Origin: a candidate division FCPU426 bacterium
Lineage (GTDB): Bacteria > Oederibacteriota > PGYV01 > Palsa-1178
Direction of reading: 5' to 3'
DNA: 58,721 bases
Assembly (NCBI GenBank): GCA_003159495.1
Contig: PLPI01000063.1
Location: forward strand, 1-58,721
Positions 35,458 through 43,140 of this stretch are shown in pieces (the first letter of the stretch is position 1; every line of letters starts with the position of its first letter). Under the pieces are notes generated by a model that was not told the origin of the DNA, did no database searches, and worked only from the letters and a program-made list of their open reading frames with translations. The position numbers and the translations under genes were made by a program.

Positions 35458-36225
35458 ATGGAAAAAGTAAAAAGCAACAAGATTAACATTGCGATGGTTT
35501 TATTAACGGTTCTTTTCTCAATTGTTCCTGCATTTGTTTTAAACGCCACACCGTCCACGGTTTTCTGGACGCCATGTACGGTCTATTTTCAACCGTTCTT
35601 AAAGGGGCACATTGGTTATGACTCATATGTGCGCGACAACAGCATGCTCTCAAATGATTACGGCTACACAATGGGCATACTCCCTTTCAAGGAAATACAG
35701 GCGGAAGTTGGCTATGACGCTCTTCTCCCGGTGGCTTCACCTGCCACATTTAAGGACGCTAACTATCTTAACGGCAAAATCGGGTGGAATGAAAATGCCC
35801 TGCTTCCCGTGGGTTTCTCACTCGGTATTTTTAATGCCGGAGTTGACAACAATGTGACAAATTACAATGTATTTTACGCGGCATTAGGAAAAACATTTGA
35901 TAACATAGGAACGGTCTGCGTTGGAGCCTATTCCGGAAATGACAAACTTCTTATCGACGACAACGGGAAAGTCGACAGCAGTGGCCTGATGGCCAGCTAT
36001 ACATCACCGCAGGTCGGAAAATTTCAGGTTTGCGCGGATTATATGAGCGGAAATAATGTTCTATCGGCCTGGGGAGCGGGTTTATACTGCTATTTTGCGG
36101 ACAACGCCGATCTTTTGACAGGTCCGGTATTCCCTCTTTCAAAGCAATTTGCCGGAAGCTCAAAGATGATGTGGTCGCTCCAGCTTGATGTTGATTTTGA
36201 CATTGTCCCACAGACAGCAAAATAA
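35458..36225 (+). CDS. Hypothetical exported beta-rich protein (possible small outer-membrane barrel)
   Basis: I chose the ATG at 35458, which follows CAGGAGGA. Signal peptide ...IAMVLLTVLFSIVPAFVLNA, then alternating aromatic/Gly-rich segments. Confidence 0.55.
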   Translation: MEKVKSNKINIAMVLLTVLFSIVPAFVLNATPSTVFWTPCTVYFQPFLKGHIGYDSYVRDNSMLSNDYGYTMGILPFKEIQAEVGYDALLPVASPATFKDANYLNGKIGWNENALLPVGFSLGIFNAGVDNNVTNYNVFYAALGKTFDNIGTVCVGAYSGNDKLLIDDNGKVDSSGLMASYTSPQVGKFQVCADYMSGNNVLSAWGAGLYCYFADNADLLTGPVFPLSKQFAGSSKMMWSLQLDVDFDIVPQTAK

Positions 36226-36257
36226 GAGTCGGCAAGATATCGTCGGTAAAATTGGTT

Positions 36258-36347
36258 AATAGATACGGTTTAAAAGTGGCCCTTAAAAAGGGCCGCTTTT
36301 TTTGACGGAAAATTGACTTGGATTTTTTTCATTCCCGGGTATATTTG
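36258..36347 (+). repeat. Direct repeat copy 2 (terminator plus TTGAC direct-repeat module)
   Basis: See copy 1. Lies directly upstream of kdpF. Confidence 0.85.
36272..36303 (+). terminator. Rho-independent terminator after the two-gene cassette
   Basis: AAAAGTGGCCCTT-AAA-AAGGGCCGCTTTT (one G.U pair) followed by a 7-T run. Confidence 0.85.
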
Positions 36348-36377
36348 ATATATAAGAAAAAATGAAGGAGATGTCAT

Positions 36378-36455
36378 ATGTGGATCATAACTTTTGCCGC
36401 GGCGTTGTTCTTGTTCGTGTATTTAATTTTTGCGTTTTTCAACAACAAAGAATAG
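36378..36455 (+). CDS. kdpF: KdpF-like 25-aa hydrophobic peptide (not in the ORF track)
   Basis: ATG at 36378, 8 nt after GAAGGAG. Encodes MWIITFAAALFLFVYLIFAFFNNKE, a single TM helix ending in a polar tail. Its stop lies 10 nt before the kdpA ATG, the position KdpF occupies in kdpFABC operons. Confidence 0.6.
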   Translation: MWIITFAAALFLFVYLIFAFFNNKE

Positions 36456-36465
36456 GAGGCATAAA

Positions 36466-38181
36466 ATGAACCTTAAGATCATAATTGAACTTTCTTTCTT
36501 TTTTGTGCTGGTGCTTATAGCGGCAAGGCCGTTTGGCGAATATATGTACCTGGTATTTACGGGCAAAAAGACCCTGCTGACGCCTGTTTTTACGCCGGTG
36601 GAAAATATTATTTACAGGCTATGCGGTGTCAAAAAGGATGACGAACATACCTGGATAGATTATACCGTTTCGCTGATGGCCTTTAATATTGCCGGATTGC
36701 TGCTTCTTTTTGCCGTAATAATGCTTCAGGGCTGGCTGCCTTTAAACCCGCAGAAGCTCGGGGCGCCGAATGCATGGCTGGCCATTAATACCGCAGTCTC
36801 TTTTGTTACAAACACAAACTGGCAGGCCTACACTCCGGAGTCAACGGTAAGTTATTTTACACAGATGGCAGGGCTGGCGGTGCAAAATTTCCTTTCAGCG
36901 GCAACAGGCATTACCGTGGCAATTGCCCTTACCAGGGGATTTACGCGCAAAGAGACCAAGCATCTTGGGTCATTCTGGGTAGATCTTACACGGACAACCC
37001 TTTACATACTCCTGCCAATAGCAATTTTTGGCGCCATATTTCTTGTTTCCCAGGGTGTGCCGCAGAACTTTTCCCCTTATACGAACGCAAAAACAGTTGA
37101 AGGTGCGCAGCAGGTAATAGCGCAGGGACCGGTGGCTTCACAGGAGGTCATAAAAGAACTCGGAACGAACGGCGGAGGTTTTTTGAACGCCAATTCCAGC
37201 CATCCTTATGAGAACCCCACGCCGCTTTCCAATATTTTTGAGATGTTTATAATAGTATTAATCTCTGCCGGTCTTATCTTCACATTCGGAAAGTTTGCCG
37301 GAGATTTAAAACAGGGGAGGGCCCTTTTTTATGGTGTTTTTGTAACCCTGATATTACTGGTGCTGTGCGCGGCCTGGTCAGAAACAACGGCCAACCCGCT
37401 GCTGGTAAAGAACGCGGGCGCGAAAGTTTCGTTTGAAAACGGCAACACTGAGGGTAAGGAAACAAGGTTTTTCGGGGCAGCATCGCCGCTCTTTTCCGTG
37501 CTGACGACCGTGACATCATGTGGCGCGGTAAACAATATGCATGATTCAAATATGCCCCTGACGGGACTTATTGAGTTATTTGACATGCAGCTTGGCGAGC
37601 TGATCTTCGGCGGCGTCGGAACTGGTTTATACACACTTCTACTTTTTGCCGTTATTACCGTATTTATCGCGGGGTTAATGGTGGGCAGGACGCCGGAATA
37701 TCTCGGTAAAAAAATAGGCCCCACGGAGATACAGCTTACCATAGCGGCGGCCATTTTTTCTTCTATCCTGATGCTTTTAAATTCGGCCATAGCCGTCTAT
37801 GTGGCTGACGCGGTAAAATCGGTCGCAAACCCGGGGCCGCACGGATTCTCCGAGATACTTTACGCGGCCACATCAGCAGCGGCAAATAATGGCTCGGCAT
37901 TTGCCGGTTTGAATGCGAATATCGATTTCTGGAATATATCGCTGGCATTAGAAATGTTCTTAGGAAGGTTCGTGCCTATCATACTCGTTCTCGCGCTGGC
38001 CGGACGCCTTGCTGTAAAAAAGGCCACACCCGCGTCGCTGGGCACTCTGCCTACGAATGACGCGCTTTTTGCCGTCATGCTTGTTATGGTAATATTGCTT
38101 GTGGGCGGGCTTACATTTCTGCCGGCACTGTCAATGGGGCCCATTGCTGAACATATGAATCTTTTTGCAGCCTTAAAATAA
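36466..38181 (+). CDS. kdpA: Potassium-transporting ATPase subunit KdpA
   Basis: Polytopic KdpA-like sequence with selectivity-filter-like TNGGG and NNGSAF motifs. The ATG at 36466 follows GGAGG. Confidence 0.95.
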   Translation: MNLKIIIELSFFFVLVLIAARPFGEYMYLVFTGKKTLLTPVFTPVENIIYRLCGVKKDDEHTWIDYTVSLMAFNIAGLLLLFAVIMLQGWLPLNPQKLGAPNAWLAINTAVSFVTNTNWQAYTPESTVSYFTQMAGLAVQNFLSAATGITVAIALTRGFTRKETKHLGSFWVDLTRTTLYILLPIAIFGAIFLVSQGVPQNFSPYTNAKTVEGAQQVIAQGPVASQEVIKELGTNGGGFLNANSSHPYENPTPLSNIFEMFIIVLISAGLIFTFGKFAGDLKQGRALFYGVFVTLILLVLCAAWSETTANPLLVKNAGAKVSFENGNTEGKETRFFGAASPLFSVLTTVTSCGAVNNMHDSNMPLTGLIELFDMQLGELIFGGVGTGLYTLLLFAVITVFIAGLMVGRTPEYLGKKIGPTEIQLTIAAAIFSSILMLLNSAIAVYVADAVKSVANPGPHGFSEILYAATSAAANNGSAFAGLNANIDFWNISLALEMFLGRFVPIILVLALAGRLAVKKATPASLGTLPTNDALFAVMLVMVILLVGGLTFLPALSMGPIAEHMNLFAALK

Positions 38182-38193
38182 GGAGAGAAAAAA

Positions 38194-40251
38194 ATGGATA
38201 ACAAACAACTTAACAGAATCAGTGGAAAAATGCTTCTGGAAGCGGCTGGAAATTCGATAATAAAGCTTTCCCCGGATAAAATGTGGGCCATACCGGTCAT
38301 GTTCACGGTGGAAATCGGCGCAATTTTGACCACAATAAGCCTGTTTTTCGGCATATTTACTAAAGCCGATGCGGCGGGCATTATCCTGACACTGCATATA
38401 TCGGTATGGCTGTGGCTCACTGTGATATTTGCAAATTTTGCCGAAGCCCTTGCCGAATCAAGGGGCAAGGCCACGGCTGATTCATTGAAAAAGACGAAGC
38501 GCGACCTCATGGCAAAAAAAGTTCCGGATACCGCTTCGCGGGAATTCACGCTGGTAGCGGCATCCACCCTTGTAAGGGGAGATTTTGTCATGGCGGAGCC
38601 GTCGGATGTGATTGCGCTTGACGGCGAAATAATTTCCGGTATTGCCAGCATTGACGAGTCCGCTGTAACCGGCGAATCAGCTCCTGTAATAAGGGAAGCC
38701 GGCGGCGACCGCTCAAGCGTCATAGGCGGAACAAAGGTTCTCTCGGATTTTATTGTTTATCGCATAACAGCCAACCCCGGCGAAAGTTTTCTTGACAAGA
38801 TGATAGCGCTCGTTGAAGGAGCGGTGCGTAAAAGGACGCCAAATGAAATTGCCCTGAATATATTGCTTATAGCCCTGACTTTTATATTTCTTCTTGCGGT
38901 AGCCACGTTGCAGCCATACGCAAATTTTTTAAAGTCTACTTTTACCGTAACCCAGCTGGTCTCGCTCTTTGTGGCTCTGGCGCCCACTACAATAGGAGCC
39001 CTTCTTTCCGCAATAGGAATTGCCGGAATGAACAGGCTGCTTAAAATAAATGTACTTGCATTTTCGGGAAGGTCAGTCGAGGCCGCCGGGGATGTGGATG
39101 TTGTCCTGCTTGACAAAACAGGGACAATAACACTGGGAAACAGGCAGGCTGACGCATTTTTTCCGGTCAAAGGCGTCGGGGAGCAGGAACTGGCCGAGGC
39201 GGCGCAGTATTCCTCGCTTTCGGATGAGACTCCGGAAGGCAGGTCCATTGTTGTGCTGGCCAAGCGCAAATTCAACATAAGGGAACATGAATTCGGATCC
39301 ACAGATAAGGTTAATTTTATACCGTTTAAGGCGGAAACGCGCATGAGCGGGGTGGATTTGAACGGCGTAATGATAATGAAAGGCGCTTCTGAATCGATAA
39401 TAGAATATGTAAAGTCAAAAGAGAAGAATATTTCAATTCCCGGGGACCTGCAGGCAATAGTTGAATCGGTCGCTGTAAAAGGGGGAACCCCGCTTGTGGT
39501 GGCAAAAGACGCCAGGATACTTGGCGTCATATATTTAAAAGATATATTGAAGGGCGGCATAAAGGAAAGGCTGCAGCAACTCAATCTGATGGGCATAAAA
39601 AGCGTGATGATAACCGGCGACAACCCAATAACTGCGGCATCGATTGCGGCCGAGGCCGGGGTAAACGATTTTTTATCAAACGCAAAGCCGGAGACAAAAC
39701 TGGCGCTTATAAAAAAATACCAGGCCGACGGACACATGGTGGCAATGATAGGCGACGGAACGAATGACGCTCCGGCCCTTGCGCAGGCCGATGTGGGAAT
39801 AGCAATGAATACCGGCACTGCCGCGGCCAGGGAAGCGGGCAATATGTTGGATCTAGACTCGAATCCCACAAAAGTCATTGAGGTGGTGGAAATAGGAAAG
39901 CAGATACTCATCACGCGCGGCTCGCTTACGACTTTTTCAATCGCCAACGACGTGGCAAAGTATTTTGCCATAGTGCCGGCAATGCTTATGGGTATGTTTC
40001 CGTCAATGGCTCCGCTCAATATAATGAGGCTGGCATCGCCGTCTTCCGCCATTCTTTCGGCGATTATATTCAATGCTGTGATAATACCGTCGCTCATCCC
40101 TCTGGCCCTGCGCGGAGTGCCGTATAAACCGCAGTCCGCGGCCAGGCTTTTAAGGGTGAACATACTTATCTACGGACTTGGCGGGGTTATACTTCCTTTC
40201 ATAGGAATCAAGGTAATAGACATGCTGCTCGCCGTTCTTCACATAGTTTAG
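38194..40251 (+). CDS. kdpB: Potassium-transporting P-type ATPase subunit KdpB
   Basis: DKTGTIT phosphorylation motif and [16 protein letters not shown] hinge. Confidence 0.95.
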   Translation: MDNKQLNRISGKMLLEAAGNSIIKLSPDKMWAIPVMFTVEIGAILTTISLFFGIFTKADAAGIILTLHISVWLWLTVIFANFAEALAESRGKATADSLKKTKRDLMAKKVPDTASREFTLVAASTLVRGDFVMAEPSDVIALDGEIISGIASIDESAVTGESAPVIREAGGDRSSVIGGTKVLSDFIVYRITANPGESFLDKMIALVEGAVRKRTPNEIALNILLIALTFIFLLAVATLQPYANFLKSTFTVTQLVSLFVALAPTTIGALLSAIGIAGMNRLLKINVLAFSGRSVEAAGDVDVVLLDKTGTITLGNRQADAFFPVKGVGEQELAEAAQYSSLSDETPEGRSIVVLAKRKFNIREHEFGSTDKVNFIPFKAETRMSGVDLNGVMIMKGASESIIEYVKSKEKNISIPGDLQAIVESVAVKGGTPLVVAKDARILGVIYLKDILKGGIKERLQQLNLMGIKSVMITGDNPITAASIAAEAGVNDFLSNAKPETKLALIKKYQADGHMVAMIGDGTNDAPALAQADVGIAMNTGTAAAREAGNMLDLDSNPTKVIEVVEIGKQILITRGSLTTFSIANDVAKYFAIVPAMLMGMFPSMAPLNIMRLASPSSAILSAIIFNAVIIPSLIPLALRGVPYKPQSAARLLRVNILIYGLGGVILPFIGIKVIDMLLAVLHIV

Positions 40252-40268
40252 GAAAAGGAGAAAAACAA

Positions 40269-40871
40269 ATGAAAAAAATATTATTCACCTCGGCAATGAT
40301 GCTTTTGTGTTTTACTTTTCTGTGCGGGGTTGTTTATCCCGCGCTAATATGGGCGGCCGCAAAGCTTGTATTTCCCGGCCAGTCAAAGGGCAGTCTTGTC
40401 GTAAAAGACGGCGTTGTTGTTGGCAGCAGCCTTCTGGGGCAGAAATTTACAAAACCGCAGTATTTTCATTCCAGGCCGTCCGCGGTGGATTATAACGCCT
40501 CGAATTCGGGAGGGTCAAACCTTGCACCGACAAATCCCGACCTGATAACGGGTATTTTAAAGAATGCAGATGCCGAATTAAAGGACAACCCGCAGCAGGC
40601 GGGAAAAGTTCCCGGAGACCTTGTAAGCGCATCCGCCAGCGGGCTTGATCCGCAGATAACCAGAGAGGCCGCAATCTGGCAGATAAAACGCGTGGCAGCC
40701 GCCCGTGAAGTTGACGAAAAAATTATTATGTCGGCTGTTAATAAATATACAGAGGAGCCATTGCTGGGGTTTATCGGCCCAAAGATGGTCAATGTACTGG
40801 AATTGAACATGTATATCGATTCCATTACTCCGGCTGATCCAAAAATCAGTGTTACGGGGGGAAAAAGTTGA
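40269..40871 (+). CDS. kdpC: Potassium-transporting ATPase subunit KdpC
   Basis: N-terminal TM anchor. SRPSA...SGGSNLAPTNP and ASASGLDPQIT motifs typical of KdpC. Confidence 0.9.
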   Translation: MKKILFTSAMMLLCFTFLCGVVYPALIWAAAKLVFPGQSKGSLVVKDGVVVGSSLLGQKFTKPQYFHSRPSAVDYNASNSGGSNLAPTNPDLITGILKNADAELKDNPQQAGKVPGDLVSASASGLDPQITREAAIWQIKRVAAAREVDEKIIMSAVNKYTEEPLLGFIGPKMVNVLELNMYIDSITPADPKISVTGGKS

Positions 40872-40913
40872 TATAATAAGGTCAAAGGGATTTATTAATT
40901 AATAAGGAAAAGG

Positions 40914-42437
40914 ATGCGCATGGAAAACAGTTTTTTAAACAGGATAAAAGGAAAGGAATTTATATTCAGCACCCTGCTGGTGGCGTTTGTAACTGTCATC
41001 GGTTCGTTTTTCAGGGGTATAATAGACGCGTCAAACTTTGCTGTTTTATTCCTTCTGGCCGTTGTACTAAGTGCACTGTGGTGGGGGATGGCCTCGTCTG
41101 TTTTTACCGCTTTTTTTGGTGTGCTGGCCTTTGATTTCTTCCTTGTACCACCTTACAATTCCTTTTCAGTCAGTGATCTGAAATATATATACACTTTTGT
41201 GGGTTTTATAATAACCGGAGTAATAGTCAGTATGGTCGCCTCGCGCGCAAGGAGGCAGGCGATAGAGACGAAACAGCGCGAGGCCCGCACCGCGGTGCTT
41301 TACAGGTTCAGCAATGAAATGGCGGAATGTGAAACGACACCGCAGGTCATCGGCGCTGTAAGGAAAAATGTCGGCGAATTGCTCGGCTGTTCTACGGCGG
41401 TTTTTATGCCGCATAAGGATGGAATATCAGACGCGGGAAGCGACGCGGATTTTCCGCTCGACACACATGAGTATGCCGTGGCACAATGGGCGTTTTCCAA
41501 TAAAAAGCCGGCCGGTTCCGGGACGACAACGCTCAGCGCCGCAAAGGCTTTTTATGTGCCGCTTGAAACTTCACTGGAAGCAGTGGGAGTGCTCGGCATA
41601 CGGACGGCAGACGGGCGTGTGATATTCAACACTTCTGAAATGGAACTTGTCACAGCGCTTGCAAACCAGTCTTCGGTTGCCATTCAGCGCGCCGTTCTGA
41701 CGGAAAAATCCAGGGAAATGGAACTGGCGAAAAAGACACAGGCCCTTCAGGCTGCGCTGTTGAATTCCATATCGCATGACCTGCGCACTCCTCTTGTTTC
41801 AATTACAGGGGCCTTAAGCGCGCTTTCCCAGGATTTTGAGGCTGTCGACGCCGCGGACAGGAAGGAACTTTTGCAGACGGCATATGATGATTCGCTTCAC
41901 TTAAACGAGATAGTTGGAAACATCCTGGATATGACAAGGGTAGAATCGGGAAATTTAAAACTCAACGTAAGGCCTTGCGATCTCCGCGACCTGATTGGAG
42001 CCTCGTTAACGCAGCTCAAGGATAAGCTTGAAGGCAGGATGGTCGCGGTTGATATACCCGGGGATCTGCTTGAGGTACCCGTGGATTTTTCGCTAATGAT
42101 GAGGGTTTTTATTAATTTAATAGACAATGCGGCAAAATACTCGCCGGCCGGATCTGAAATATACATAGGGGCAAAAACAGAAGGAAATATGGCGGTCATG
42201 ACGGTAAAAGATTCGGGTTTTGGAATACCATCCGGGGATCTCGAACATATATTTGACAAGTTTTTCAGGGCGGTCAAGCCAAGGCAGGTTTCGGGCACCG
42301 GGCTTGGATTGTCAATTTGCAGGGGAATAGTGGAGGCTCATGGCGGTAAAATTTGGGCCCGGAACAATACGGAAAGTGGAGCGGTTTTCTTTATAAGGCT
42401 GCCATTAGGTGATGCGGGACACGGCGGGAGGGACTGA
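40914..42437 (+). CDS. KdpD-type histidine kinase lacking the KdpD-N/Usp sensor domains (DUF4118-like TM module, GAF, HisKA, HATPase)
   Basis: TM module with FDFFLVPPYNSF (KdpD membrane-domain signature). H-box SISHDLRTPL. N/G boxes NLIDNAAKYSP, DSGFGIP and GTGLGLSIC. Confidence 0.85.
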   Translation: MRMENSFLNRIKGKEFIFSTLLVAFVTVIGSFFRGIIDASNFAVLFLLAVVLSALWWGMASSVFTAFFGVLAFDFFLVPPYNSFSVSDLKYIYTFVGFIITGVIVSMVASRARRQAIETKQREARTAVLYRFSNEMAECETTPQVIGAVRKNVGELLGCSTAVFMPHKDGISDAGSDADFPLDTHEYAVAQWAFSNKKPAGSGTTTLSAAKAFYVPLETSLEAVGVLGIRTADGRVIFNTSEMELVTALANQSSVAIQRAVLTEKSREMELAKKTQALQAALLNSISHDLRTPLVSITGALSALSQDFEAVDAADRKELLQTAYDDSLHLNEIVGNILDMTRVESGNLKLNVRPCDLRDLIGASLTQLKDKLEGRMVAVDIPGDLLEVPVDFSLMMRVFINLIDNAAKYSPAGSEIYIGAKTEGNMAVMTVKDSGFGIPSGDLEHIFDKFFRAVKPRQVSGTGLGLSICRGIVEAHGGKIWARNNTESGAVFFIRLPLGDAGHGGRD

Positions 42438-42438
42438 C

Positions 42439-43137
42439 GTGGAAAACAGCGGCGGTTTGCGGATTCTTGTTGTGGACGATGAAAAGACCATCCGGCGGTT
42501 TTTAAAAGCCGCATTAAACTCAAAAGGCATCTCCGTAATTGAGGCCTCCGACGGGGAACAAGGTGTGTATATTGCGTTGAACTCGCACCCGGACGCGGTG
42601 ATACTGGATCTCGGCCTGCCGGATATGGACGGCATCGATATAGTAAAAAAAATCAGGGAAAGTTCCGTGGTTCCGATAATTATTCTTTCGGTGCGGAACG
42701 ATGAGTCCGACAAGATAGCAGCCCTGGACGCCGGCGCGGATGATTATCTTACAAAACCATTTAACGCGGGAGAACTGCTGGCAAGGATAAGGACAATAAT
42801 GCGCAGGCTTGCGCCGAGACAGGACGGGCCGGTTTATAAAACCGGAACGCTTGAGGTTGATATAACGCAGCATGCCGTCACGGTAAAGGGTAAAACAGTG
42901 AAGCTGTCGCCCGTTGAGTTTGATATAATAAAGATGCTTGTGATGAACTATGGAAAAGTATTGACCCATAAAAGGATACTTAAGGAAATATGGGGAAAAA
43001 ACGAGGAGCCCGAGGACGCGCTTCATTTGCTCAGGGTGACGATAAGCAATATTAGAAATAAGATAGAGCCTGACCCGAACAGGCCGGAGCATATTTTGAC
43101 GGAGCCCGGCGTGGGTTACAGGCTATTTGAGGAGTGA
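42439..43137 (+). CDS. kdpE: OmpR-family response regulator KdpE
   Basis: Receiver domain (LVVDDE...DLGLPDMDG...K) plus a winged-helix domain (LTHKRILKEIWG...LRVTISNIRNKIE...GVGYRL). I preferred the GTG at 42439, 6 nt after GGGAGGG and 1 nt after the kinase stop; the track start 42409 is possible. Confidence 0.85.
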   Translation: MENSGGLRILVVDDEKTIRRFLKAALNSKGISVIEASDGEQGVYIALNSHPDAVILDLGLPDMDGIDIVKKIRESSVVPIIILSVRNDESDKIAALDAGADDYLTKPFNAGELLARIRTIMRRLAPRQDGPVYKTGTLEVDITQHAVTVKGKTVKLSPVEFDIIKMLVMNYGKVLTHKRILKEIWGKNEEPEDALHLLRVTISNIRNKIEPDPNRPEHILTEPGVGYRLFEE

Positions 43138-43140
43138 AAA

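Noticed and set aside
36371-36469. Alternative 33-codon ORF (MSYVDHNFCRGVV...) overlapping the kdpF-like ORF and ending in ATGA with kdpA.
   Set aside because: Its ATG is only 1 nt from the SD and its product is not hydrophobic. The other frame gives a typical KdpF-like TM peptide with correct RBS spacing.
38757-40163. Very long antisense ORFs opposite well-supported genes. Examples: 468 aa opposite kdpB; also 8983..9822 opposite alaS, 37860..38723 opposite kdpA/kdpB, 22419..22997, 25005..25604, 32791..33423, 49350..49931 and 50238..50888.
   Set aside because: Each lies fully inside a + strand gene with strong family motifs. Their translations are low-complexity (Ser/Ala/Ile/Phe-rich) with no recognisable motifs or RBS. 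This is the usual by-product of codon bias.
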